Part shown: positions 1-12,206 of the stretch, piece after piece
Numbering within the stretch: position 1 is the first letter of the stretch
How the letters are laid out: every line of letters starts with the position of its first letter
Origin: Eledone cirrhosa
Lineage: Eukaryota
Direction: 5' to 3'
Assembly (NCBI GenBank): GCA_964016885.1
Contig: OZ024740.1
Location: forward strand, 130,634,001 to 130,698,000
Length of the DNA: 64,000 bases
The notes under the pieces: generated by a model
The model's database searches: none
What the model saw: the letters and a program-made list of their open reading frames with translations, nothing else
Told to the model about the DNA's origin: nothing
Made by a program: the position numbers and the translations under genes

Positions 1-385
1 CACACACATATGTGCGTATATACGTACATACACACACGGGCATATGTAGGAATATATAGGCACACACCTTCAATCACACACCCATGTACATACATACATA
101 AAAACATATAAAGACACATATGAAAACACATATACACATACGTACACACACGAATATGTACTCATACCTCCACATGGGTATATATATATATATATATACA
201 TACATACATATACATACATATACACACAAAAAGATACATAACTAAATATACATATATACACATACACGCACACATACACACATACACACACAGACACACA
301 CACACACACACACTCATAAATATGTCCGTATATATACATCCGTTCACACATACATGCATACACACACACACATGCAGACATATAT
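1..385 (-). mobile_element. Inverted copy of the microsatellite-rich 3' UTR of the Neptune-type PLE at 11663-17450 (piece 1; runs off the window)
   Basis: 1-60 is the reverse complement of ~16841-16900 (ctatatattcctacatatgcccg...); similarity continues to ~16510. Confidence 0.8.
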
Positions 386-628
386 ATGATGGCTGACCCC
401 TCGTTATCGAGTATGGCCATTGCACGAGAAGAAAAAAAAAAAAATAAAACATAAAATAAAATAAAATAAAATTAAAAAAAAAAAAAAAATAATAATAATA
501 ATAATAAATAGATTTAAAAAAAAAAGAAAAGAAAAAAAGAAATATATATATATATACATACATACATATATACATACACACATACATACACATACACTCA
601 CACATATACACACACATACATTAATATC

Positions 629-662
<34 letters not shown>

Positions 663-3600
663 GCAATAATAATAATAACGACAACAACAATAATAATATA
701 CATATTCATATATATATACACACACACGCACGCACATAAGCATATCTACACACATACACACACACACACGATAGCAACTAACAGTGCTGCGATCGAATGT
801 GGCTTTTTAGCCCAGCCAATGAACTAAAATGTCTTGCACAGAGTCGGCAACCAAAACATTCACTGGGAATAGTCGGCTGTGGTTGGAGTTCGTGTACTTT
901 TGCATGTCGCTTGAGCCCTCCTGCTGATTTGCATTCTCTACCACATGTTTGGCAAGCATGATGAGTAGCATCTCCAACAGCAGCCTGGTAGTCAACCACT
1001 GGTCTTACTTTATGACTGCGAAGATGACTTTCGAGTCCAGCTTTACTAAGGCAGAGTCTCGCACAGACGCTGCATGTCAGCACCATAGGAGGACCCTCGC
1101 CGTCTGGAAGTGCAACAGCAATGCCCTTCCTCACGTCCCGCTTTACTTTCCCGTGTGCGATTCGAGATGCCTCAAAGGCAACTTTTCCCTCATATACAGT
1201 CTTTCTCCATTTATTACGATCAGTAGCAATATTTTCCCATGTATCAGCAGATATGTTAGCGTCTTTCAGAGAGGCTTTCAAGGAATCCTTATACCTCTTT
1301 TTTCGTTTATGTGGCGGTCGTTTTCCTTTAACCAACTCTCCATAGAAGAGTTGTTTTGGTATTCTAGAATCCGTCATCCTGGCAAGGTGACCATTCCAAC
1401 GGAGTCGTTGCTTAAGCACAAGAGCTTCTATACTGTCACACATAGAGCTTTCCAAAATCTCGACATCACTGATGTGGTCCCTCCAGTGAACGCCATGGAT
1501 CCGTCTGAGACACATCTGATGGAAACGCTCCAATTGCTTAAGGTAGTGTCGATATGTGACCCAGGTCTCGCAGGCATAAAGAAGACAAGAGAGTACAGAT
1601 GCCCTGTACACCTTTACCTTTGTCCTCCTGCATATGTCTCGCCGACCCCAGAGTCGCCTTTCTAGCTTTCCGAAAGCATCACTTGCTTTCCTAATCCTAA
1701 GTGAGATTTCACTGTCAAGGTTGCCGTATCGATTGACAGTGCTTCCCAGGTAGGCAAACTGATCAACCACTCCAAGTCGTTTGCCATACACATAGATGTT
1801 TGGTTCAGTGTACTGCTTACTAGGGGCAGGTTGGTACATGACGACGGTTTTCTGGAGACTGACAGTGAAACCCAGGGCAGTGCAAGCGTCGGAAAATGCA
1901 TTCAAAATGTGCTGCATATCACTCTCTGTGTGCGCTACAAGATCGCAATCATCTGCATACAAGAGGTCTCTTATGACTGATGTAAATACTTTTGTCTTCG
2001 CAGCAAAGCGCCTGATGTTAAATATGCTGCCTGAGGTTCGATATCGGATGTAAACACCATGCTCGTAATTCCTGAATGCAATACAGAAAACCATTGCAAA
2101 GTATATGGCAAACAGGGTCGGTGCTGGAATACCCCCCTGTTTCACTCCATTTTTTACTGAGATAGGCTCCGACATGTTACCTCCGACATTAACCCAAGCC
2201 TTCATGTCATGGAAAGACCTAACTAAAGCAAGGAACTTATCAGGGCAACCAAGTTTCTGGAGAACCTTCCATAATGCATCTCTGTTGACAGTATCGAAAG
2301 CCTTTGTCAGATCGACAAAAATCTGATACAGTTCAATGCACTTCTCCTGGAGCTGTCTAGCTGAGAAGATCATATCAGTAGTGCCGCGTCCAGCACGAAA
2401 ACCAGATTGACTTTCAGGAAGGACACAATCTGCAATGTGTGTCAGCAGACGGTCCAGAAGCACCCTACATAATACTTTCCCTACGACAGAAAGCAATAAT
2501 ATACCTCTGTAGTTCCCACAATCATTCCTGTTACCCTTTCCCTTGTACAAGACCACCATTACTGCATCTCTCCAGTCCTCAGGCACGGATTCATTAGCCC
2601 ATATCCTTCCAAACAAAGAGTGAAGATGTTGCAGGAGTCTCTCACCACCATATTGTAGGAGCTCAGCATGTATGCCATCCATACCTGGAGATCTTCCACT
2701 GTTCAGCTTCGAAATAGCCACTGCAACCTCCACAAGCGTCGGAGGTTCTGCGAGAGCTACTTTCACAGGACTTTCCGGAATGAGATTGAGGAAATCTTCA
2801 CTGACGACAGACGGCTGATTCAAAAGATCATCAAAGTGGTCTCGCCACCTTCGTAGAATTCCCTGTGAGTCACGAAGAAGTTCTTTGCCATCCTTGCTGC
2901 GAATCGGCGTTACCAGAGAAGAAGACGGTCCATAAACCTCACGCAAGAGACTGTACAACAGCTTTGTGTTATTGCAATCAGACGCAGTTTGTATCTCACC
3001 AGCTTTCTCACTCCACCACTGATCCTTCATCTGAGAAAGACTCCGCCTAACACGTGATTTTACATCACTGAGCTCCTCATGCAACGTATTCCTCTCCTGT
3101 GGTTTTGCCGTCAAGTAGCGTGACAGAGCACGCCTCTTATCAGCCAACAAGTCTTCTATATGTACATTATTCTCATTAAACCAGTCCTGATGTTTTCTCT
3201 GCACCAATCCCAGAACACGTCTGCCTACATCATAAACATACTTTTTAAGGGTCGGCCAATCCTCACCAAGATCTGCAGCCTGCATCTCTTCTTCCAGTGT
3301 CCTCTTCACATTTTTATGCTTAAGACGAGCAGCATTCAATCTTTTGGGCAGGGTAACACCAGGAGCCCGGATTTTACGTTTGGTGATTAGATTCACTTTT
3401 GCGTGTACCAGGCGGTGGTCCGTCCAGCACTCAGCTCCACGAATAACACGAACACACTGCACATCCTGTCTGTCACGCGTCCTGACTAGGACATAGTCCA
3501 AAAGATGCCATTCCTTAGATGCAGGATGCATCCATGTGGTCTTGAATTTGTTCTTTTGTTGGAACATGGTGTTTTGTAACACACAGATCCAGCTCCTCAC

Positions 3601-4310
3601 ACATCTGCAGCAAGAGCATACCATTGCTGTTACACTTTCCCACCCCATGCCTTCCGATTACATTCCATGTGTTAAAATCCCTACCCACTCTAGCATTAAA
3701 GTCACCAAGCACGATGACTTTGTCTGCCTGAGGGATATTTCTTAGAACACCTTTCAAGGCATGGTAAAAGGAGAGTTTTTCTTCATCGACTGCATTCATA
3801 GTTGGAGCATACACACTCACCAGAGTAGCATATCTTCCCTTGTCCAGCGGAACACTCATGGACATAAGACGCTCACTAATCCCTACTGGGAATTCTTCTA
3901 ATTTATTCACAAGTACAGTCTTAACAGCAAATCCTACCCCAGCCTCTCTTCTGGTTCCTTCATCTCTTCCTTTCCAGAAGAATGTATATTCTCCACAAAA
4001 TTTCGTAAGATGACCATCTCCAGCTAACCTGGTCTCAGATAAAGCCACGATGTCAAGATCGTAACGTCGAAGCTCCTTTGCAACAAGAGCGGTCCTTCGT
4101 TCAGGACGCTTCAAAGAATCCCTGTCAAGCAGCGTCCGTACGTTCCAGCAGCCAAAACTAGATGCCCTGTTTGGCTCTATTAAAATGGCACGGTGACGGG
4201 CGGGCCCAGGTTGTGATAACTTGAGGCCCCTGCCCTTATTGCCAATGATCTTTTTTGTTCCAGAACCTAAATTGGCAATTATCTCGTTTACATTGTGCTG
4301 GAACATCATT
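386..4310 (-). mobile_element. RTE-clade LINE, near full length, frameshifted
   Basis: APE (WNVRTL, RPERRTALVAKEL, SETR, GDFNARVG) followed by RT (GVKQG, LYADD); 3' tail tggccatactcgataacgaggggtcagccat at ~386-420. Confidence 0.92.
778..4250 (-). pseudogene. RTE ORF: AP endonuclease + reverse transcriptase + 3 C2H2 fingers; frameshift near 3560
   Basis: ORF track 3515..4387 (APE) and 778..3648 (RT) overlap in different frames. Confidence 0.9.
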
Positions 4311-4404
4311 GAATTTGAAAAAAAAAAAAAAAAAAAAAAAAAGGAATAATAATAGTAATAATAATAATAATAATAATAATAGTACACTATTTATAATTAT
4401 TAAT

Positions 4405-4679
4405 ACTGGTGCTTTATTTTATCGACCCCATAAGGATGAAAGGCAAAGTTATCCTCGGCGGGATTTGAACTCAGACCGGAGGGGATATAATTGTTTATAA
4501 CCTTTGGCACAAGGCCAGCAATTACCCAGTACATTACTGGTACTTTATTTTATCGACCCCGTAAGGATGAAAGGCAAAGTTAACCTCGGCGGGATTTGAA
4601 CTCAGAATGGAAAGGGATATAACTCTATGCGTCAAATCATGGCGTCCGACCCTCAACCAATACTGCCAATCCACCGCCC
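4405..4679 (-). mobile_element. tRNA-head SINE with Nin/Deu-like core: full copy 4491-4679 plus partial duplicate 4405-4490
   Basis: Reverse complement of the repeat at 24736; A box TGGCAGTATTGG, B box GTTCAAATC, core ttgcctttcatcctt...ggtcgataaaataaag. Confidence 0.85.
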
Positions 4680-4714
4680 TAGAATATATAAAGAGTAATG
4701 TGAATGGTAAAGGG

Positions 4715-4767
<53 letters not shown>

Positions 4768-4996
4768 TTGAAATGAAATGAAAACGAAATTTCATTTCTC
4801 ACTCTTAGTATGGCACTTACTTAAGTGCCATACTAAGAGTGAGAAATGAAATTTCGTTTTCATTTTGTTTCAATTTATCGTTTTCGGTATGCCTGATCGA
4901 TTTAACTCACTCAATATGCAAATTAGGCTGCTCAGCCGTTAATTTTCATAAGGAAAGTATATACTTTCGAACGTGCAACTATCTGGCAGATGGGTA

Positions 4997-5041
4997 AACG
5001 GTGCTGATGATAGTTAACAAGCTTGAAACTAGTACATCGTT
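4997..5041 (+). ncRNA. Type I hammerhead ribozyme (unit 1)
   Basis: aacggtg-CTGATGA-tagttaacaagctt-GAAA-ctag-TA-catcgtt; stem I of 7 bp. Confidence 0.85.
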
Positions 5042-5474
5042 CCTGTGTCAGTGTTGAACAAAAAGGTGACGTGGTTGCCTTAACACCGTATGGCATAAAT
5101 TCAGGCTGTTCAGTTTGTTTACAAACGAACAAAGCGACGTTATAAAAAGCGCCGCTAAACTGCTACGTGCATATATGTATGTGTACCTGTATGCATATGT
5201 ATATATATATGTATATATATATATATATATATATGTGCATGCTACTGTACGTCTGTATACATATATGTATGTACGTATACATGCATACTTACATTTAAGT
5301 AAGTGCCATACTAGGAGTGAGAAATGAAATTTCGTTTTCATTTTGTTTCAATTTATCGTTTTCGGTATGCCTGACCGATTTAACTCACTCAATATGCAAA
5401 TTAGGCTGCTCAGCCGTTAATTTTCATAAGGAAAGTATATACTTTCGAACGTTCGACTATCTGGCAGATGGGTA

Positions 5475-5519
5475 AACGGTGCTGATGATAGCTAACAAGC
5501 TTGAAACTAGTACATCGTT
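5475..5519 (+). ncRNA. Type I hammerhead ribozyme (unit 2)
   Basis: aacggtg-CTGATGA-tagctaacaagctt-GAAA-ctag-TA-catcgtt. Confidence 0.87.
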
Positions 5520-5822
5520 CCTGTGTCAGTGTTGAACAAAAAGGTGACGTGGTTGCCTTAACACCGTATGGCATAAATTCAGGCTGTTCAGTTTGTTTAC
5601 AAACCAACAAAGCGACGTTATAATAAGCGCCGCTAAACTGATACGTGCATGTATGTATGTGTACCTGTATGCATATGTATATATATATGTATATATATAT
5701 ATATATATGTGCATGCTACTGTACGTCTGTATACATATATGTATGTATGTATACATGCATACTTACATTTAAGTAAGTGCCATACCAAGAGTGAGAAATG
5801 AAATTTCGTTTTCATTTTGTTT

Positions 5823-5870
<48 letters not shown>

Positions 5871-6072
5871 CCGTCATTACTGATACAAGATTACAAGATT
5901 ATGTCAACTGTTGTCTTTCAAGAGTTTGTATTGTTGAAGCCGATCGTATTACAGTCCAGTATTACTAAAATTTTCTTTACAGCATAGAGTTATGGCTCTC
6001 CACGGAGTCAACAAAAGAGAGTACTAGTGATGCGCTGGGCCAGTCGCTGGATCCGTGCCAAAAGCAGAAAAA

Positions 6073-6076
<4 letters not shown>

Positions 6077-6122
<46 letters not shown>

Positions 6123-6322
6123 CCACATATATATATATATACACCCACATATACATATATATATGTAAATATATATATACACATAAACACATACAGACAC
6201 ATACACACATATACATACATATACACATATATATATACATATATATATATATATATGTATACATACACATACACATACACATACAAACTCATACATACAC
6301 ACATACATATATACACATACAT

Positions 6323-6371
<49 letters not shown>

Positions 6372-6450
6372 CATACATATACATACACACATAAATATAT
6401 ATTTGTGTTCACTCAAACACATATGGACATATATATATATATATATATAT
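6077..6450 (-). mobile_element. Inverted Neptune PLE 3' UTR (piece 2)
   Basis: The irregular CA/TA pattern matches the reverse complement of ~16100-16450. Confidence 0.6.
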
Positions 6451-7197
6451 ATAGAAAGATTTGAATGGATACAGTTTAGTTGAAAGGAATTTATTGACAC
6501 GTGTTTCTATAACAGTTACATAACCTAAAACAGCTATCTACAAACTTTTAGTTATGCAGACATTCAATATTTCAATGTTATTATTTACTGTCATTTCATC
6601 AGAATAATATTACTGAGGACCTATTTAGTTTTTATAGAGAATATTAGGAGGGAGGGGTGAAGTTGTTAGAAGAATAGTTGAAGGAGTGGTTTTTTCGATA
6701 GCAGTGAGAATTCTTGGTGGCAGTGAGTAATTAGATTCCCATCTGTTGTTTTGACATTTTTTATGGAATATATTATTGGTTATTTTTCTAAATCTATAGA
6801 AGGATTAGAGATAGTAAAGATATGCGTGGTTGGTTTTGTGTTTGCACTTAACATTCAGACTTAAATTTTTCTTTCAAGTGTACGTATTCTTTCACCCACG
6901 CATTCACACAAATATATTTGCACACCTCTACAAAATACATATACTCACAATTCACATATTCATACTTACATATATATACACATGCATACACATATATATA
7001 TACACACATGTATTCATGTACATACATACGCGCTCATGTGTATACATTTTCATACTCAACTTATCTTTATATATACACACGTATAGACACACACATATAT
7101 ACATACATACTCTAGTCCATGTGTACACACATACGCATACATACACATCCACATACACATACATACATACACATATATATATATATATATACATACA

Positions 7198-7257
<60 letters not shown>

Positions 7258-8489
7258 CCCACACACACACATATACACATACACACATATATATATATAT
7301 ATATAAGCACTTTAATACATGAATACACTTACATCTAACTATACACATCAAACATATATATATATTTACTTATTTATATACATTTTCACATATATATACA
7401 TACTTATGGACGTTTTTAGACACATTCATTATCGCATATTTGTACCTATTCTCATCAGCATATCTTTTCATTATTAGTATGGTAATTTAAGGTTATTAAT
7501 ATATGTTGAGAAGAGATTGTTTTTATATTTTTCTAACTAGATTAAGGTTTATATAGTTGGGGGATGTCCCTCTTTTATGTAATATTCGGCTTGTAGTGGG
7601 AAAAAAGGGTTTTAGTTCTGTGACGGCAGAATAATGTTCGTTCAATTCTGTTATTCAGCAGTTTCTTCTTGTGTGTGATTATGTAATAAATCTCAAGATT
7701 ACACAATTTGCAGAAATTTTGGCTCCTGGAAAAGCTTTGGGTTTTAGCTAATTTTTCCCATTTTAGGGTAAACTTTTGATTGCTATCCCTGAGCGTCCAA
7801 GCTTTTTCTGCTAAAGTTGTTACATTTCTTTGGCTCTGGTGTTTTATTGAGTAAGAATGCCTATACAATCGAGATTTAAACGATGTTGCCGTTGATCCCA
7901 CGTAATACCACTCGTTGCCTCCGGATTTAATGGTACACTTATAAATAATATTTTTTTCCAGGCAGTTATTGCCGAGGGGGCAGTTGTCAGGATAGGTGCA
8001 GTTACAGTTGTGTACGTTGGGTTTTCTCTGGAGTAGTATTGCGGACGAACTTAGGTGTGGTTTATTTATGTTCTGTAGTGTATTGTCTACTGTTTTTTGG
8101 GGGTTCTTTGTACTTAAGTTCTTAGTGTTTTCGTTTAACCTTCTAGTATTGATCTTTTTTATGTGTTGTTCAAGGTTTAACGCTGTAGAGTATGACAGTC
8201 TTATAGTGGTAGGGTTTAGGATTTTGTGGTATTTGTGTGATGTGGGAAAATGTCTTTTAATTATTTTAAAGAAGAGTACTGGTAAATTTGTACTAATGGA
8301 GCTATTGTATTCGGGGTTATACCATAAGTACTCTTTGCATCGCTTTCTATTAGTTTTGTTTGTTGGTTTACTGGTGTGCATACTATGGTAGTAAGTGTGG
8401 TTTGGTGTTGTGTTATTATATCTACCTATGTGGGATTTATTTTGGGTGTTTTGATTTTGGGTGTTCCTTAAATACTTGTATGTTAGAAG
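6451..8489 (-). mobile_element. Inverted arm of a Naiad-type PLE (GIY-YIG ORF end + 3' UTR)
   Basis: Reverse complement of 8662-10668; ORF 7575..8381 gives the same protein as the end of 8360..9544. Confidence 0.93.
6491..6607 (-). ncRNA. Mirror copy of the long-stem-II hammerhead at 10512
   Basis: Reverse complement of 10512-10628. Confidence 0.75.
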
Positions 8490-8556
8490 ATAACATACAA
8501 GTATTTAATATATATACACCCACATATTTAATATATATACACCCATATATATGTGT

Positions 8557-9861
8557 TAGATCGGCTTCTAACATACAAGTATTTAAGGAACACGCCGAGT
8601 ACTACGATAACGCCCTTAGTAAAGCAGGCTACCTCAACAAAATAGAGTACATAGATGGGAACAATCAAAACACCCAAAATAAATCCCACATAGGTAGATA
8701 TAATAACACAACACCAAACCACACTTACTACCATAGTATGCACACCAGTAAACCAACAAACAAAACTAATAGAAAGCGATGCAAAGAGTACTTATGGTAT
8801 AACCCCGAATACAATAGCTCCATTAGTACAAATTTACCAGTACTCTTCTTTAAAATAATTAAAAGACATTTTCCCACATCACACAAATACCACAAAATCC
8901 TAAACCCTACCACTATAAGACTGTCATACTCTACAGCGTTAAACCTTGAACAACACATAAAAAAGATCAATACTAGAAGGTTAAACGAAAACACTAAGAA
9001 CTTAAGTACAAAGAACCCCCAAAAAACAGTAGACAATACACTACAGAACATAAATAAACCACACCTAAGTTCGTCCGCAATACTACTCCAGAGAAAACCC
9101 AACGTACACAACTGTAACTGCACCTATCCTGACAACTGCCCCCTCGGCAATAACTGCCTGGAAAAAAATATTATTTATAAGTGTACCATTAAATCCGGAG
9201 GCAACGAGTGGTATTACGTGGGATCAACGGCAACATCGTTTAAATCTCGATTGTATAGGCATTCTTACTCAATAAAACACCAGAGCCAAAGAAATGTAAC
9301 AACTTTAGCAGAAAAAGCTTGGACGCTCAGGGATAGCAATCAAAAGTTTACCCTAAAATGGGAAAAATTAGCTAAAACCCAAAGCTTTTCCAGGAGCCAA
9401 AATTTCTGCAAATTGTGTAATCTTGAGATTTATTACATAATCACACACAAGAAGAAACTGCTGAATAACAGAATTGAACGAACATTATTCTGCCGTCACA
9501 GAACTAAAACCCTTTTTTCCCACTACAAGCCGAATATTACATAAAAGAGGGACATCCCCCAACTATATAAACCTTAATCTAGTTAGAAAAATATAAAAAC
9601 AATCTCTTCTCAACATATATTAATAACCTTAAATTACCATACTAATAATGAAAAGATATGCTGATGAGAATAGGTACAAATATGCGATAATGAATGTGTC
9701 TAAAAACGTCCATAAGTATGTATATATATGTGAAAATGTATATAAATAAGTAAATATATATATATGTTTGATGTGTATAGTTAGATGTAAGTGTATTCAT
9801 GTATTAAAGTGCTTATATATATATATATATATGTGTGTATGTGTATATGTGTGTGTGTGGG

Positions 9862-9924
<63 letters not shown>

Positions 9925-10778
9925 ATGTATATATATATATATATATGTGTATGTATGTATGTGTATGTGGATGTGTATGTATGCGTATGTGTGTACACAT
10001 GGACTAGAGTATGTATGTATATATGTGTGTGTCTATACGTGTGTATATATAAAGATAAGTTGAGTATGAAAATGTATACACATGAGCGCGTATGTATGTA
10101 CATGAATACATGTGTGTATATATATATGTGTATGCATGTGTATATATATGTAAGTATGAATATGTGAATTGTGAGTATATGTATTTTGTAGAGGTGTGCA
10201 AATATATTTGTGTGAATGCGTGGGTGAAAGAATACGTACACTTGAAAGAAAAATTTAAGTCTGAATGTTAAGTGCAAACACAAAACCAACCACGCATATC
10301 TTTACTATCTCTAATCCTTCTATAGATTTAGAAAAATAACCAATAATATATTCCATAAAAAATGTCAAAACAACAGATGGGAATCTAATTACTCACTGCC
10401 ACCAAGAATTCTCACTGCTATCGAAAAAACCACTCCTTCAACTATTCTTCTAACAACTTCACCCCTCCCTCCTAATATTCTCTATAAAAACTAAATAGGT
10501 CCTCAGTAATATTATTCTGATGAAATGACAGTAAATAATAACATTGAAATATTGAATGTCTGCATAACTAAAAGTTTGTAGATAGCTGTTTTAGGTTATG
10601 TAACTGTTATAGAAACACGTGTCAATAAATTCCTTTCAACTAAACTGTATCCATTCAAATCTTTCTATTTTTCTCCGGATTACTTTTGGAACTACAACTG
10701 GAACCGTCGAGCAAACTCTACGTGAGCTGATAATCTACTGTGTGTAATATTTATATTACAACACAACGGAAAATACTG
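8557..10778 (+). mobile_element. 5'-truncated Naiad-type PLE: RT thumb/linker + GIY-YIG (open to 9544), 3' UTR with HHR
   Basis: WYNPEY..KRHFP..HKILN..LSYS, CNC-x5-CPL, IIY/YVG nuclease motif, CKLC, CRH. Confidence 0.85.
10512..10628 (+). ncRNA. Type I hammerhead with ~88-nt stem II domain
   Basis: ttatt-CTGATGA-a-atgacagt...actgttat-a-GAAA-cacgtg-TC-aataa. Confidence 0.78.
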
Positions 10779-10944
10779 TATATATATATATATATATATA
10801 GATATGCATCTAAATACATACATACATATACACATACAGAAACATACATATATGTACACACATATATACATATATGCATATACATACACACACACACAAT
10901 ATAGATACATACATATACATACACACACATATAAACATATATCT

Positions 10945-10979
<35 letters not shown>

Positions 10980-11661
10980 TATCTATATATATATATATAC
11001 ATATGTATATATACAAATATGCACATACATACATATACATATACATATATATACACACATACACACACATATATATATATATATGCACACACACATACAA
11101 ACATACACACATCCATACATATACATACACACACATACACACACCCACATACATATATACCCACACGTACATACATCCATACATATCTACACATATATAT
11201 GTGTGTGTCTCATCGTTCACTCTGATATTCATGTGTACACATAAGAAGCTGGGGGGGGGGGTAGAGAAATACAATTTTACCTCGGAATGTCAATTCATTT
11301 TTTCGTGTTCAGTAGTGGTTTACATTTTTCAATGAAGAATTCTTCTTTATATCTGCGGAAATGTTCGTTATCTGACCATATGTTGAAGAAAGGGAAGATT
11401 GTGAATTTTCCCTTCCCGCATGATGCAAAGTGTGCGCTACATGTAGTATTTCTGACTGTGGGGTCTTTAATTTGTTGTTTATGTACCCGGACTCTGTCAT
11501 GTAGTCCCGTTCCGGTTTACCCAATGTAATACTCTTTACACTGTGGAAATGTTGCGCAATATATTAGGTTTTTCGTTTTGCAGCTCATGTTTGCATTGAC
11601 CTTGAAATTATCATGGTTTTTGAAGGACAACTGTTTGCCCTCTTCGATGAGTTCACAGGTT
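10779..11661 (-). mobile_element. Inverted Neptune PLE 3' part (GIY-YIG + start of 3' UTR; piece 3)
   Basis: 11290-11661 is the reverse complement of ~15279-15655 ([24 protein letters not shown]). Confidence 0.9.
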
Positions 11662-12206
11662 CCATTTTCGATACAAAGGAATACTAAAAGCTTTTTCCCC
11701 TGAATAAAGGAATTTTTCGAGAATGACCGGGGCAGGCCGCACTTGCTACATTTCTCCCCGCCCAACCCTACTCACTGTCTCAACTCATTACTGCTATTAA
11801 CATGTTTTCACACACATACACCCCTACACTTATTAAAGTGGGAGAAAAAAATCCCACCCACCACAGACATGTTAAATCCCTATATATAGAACAACACACC
11901 ACATACACATCAGTGTGACAAGCACACCTCAGCGTGAAAGGTCTATCTAAAAACGAAACAATACCTCCTACGTTAACGAAGAACTCCTAAGACCTAACCA
12001 ACAACCAACAACTTAATTTATAAAAAAACATTTTTAAGAACATTTTTTCTGATCCGGAAAAAAATTATTTTTGGATATTGTGAAGAAAATAAATTTGTTG
12101 AAAGCACAAGTGAAGCCATTTTTTTCCTCCCCCCTGTCTTAATATACCTAACTGTACCAAGGATTACACACATTTTCCAATATTCTATGCCCTTGTACAA
12201 GACAGA

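Larger units (their letters stand above)
4765..5825 (+). repeat. Tandem 478-bp non-coding repeat (2 units plus start of a third) with an inverted 5' copy; retrozyme-like
   Basis: aagtgccatac..gagtgagaaatgaaatttcg recurs at ~4823, 5301 and 5776; fold-back 4768-4873; (TA)n on both flanks. Confidence 0.9.

Noticed and set aside
70-727. YIYI/VCVC/HTHT ORFs here and throughout the window
   Set aside because: Translations of (TA)n/(CA)n microsatellites
8560-9544. Selenoprotein recoding, as known for some Naiad PLEs (also 36965-37900)
   Set aside because: The visible conserved Cys motifs contain no in-frame TGA; the missing 5' parts cannot be judged
10551-10590. SECIS-like hairpin inside HHR stem II (TGA, 12-13 bp helix, AAA)
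   Set aside because: TTGA rather than ATGA, no 3' GA of the quartet, and the loop is too small
12075-12112. HHR-like GTGAAGA...GAAAGCAC in both Neptune pseudo-LTRs
   Set aside because: Lacks C3 and the UH triplet in both copies; at best vestigial
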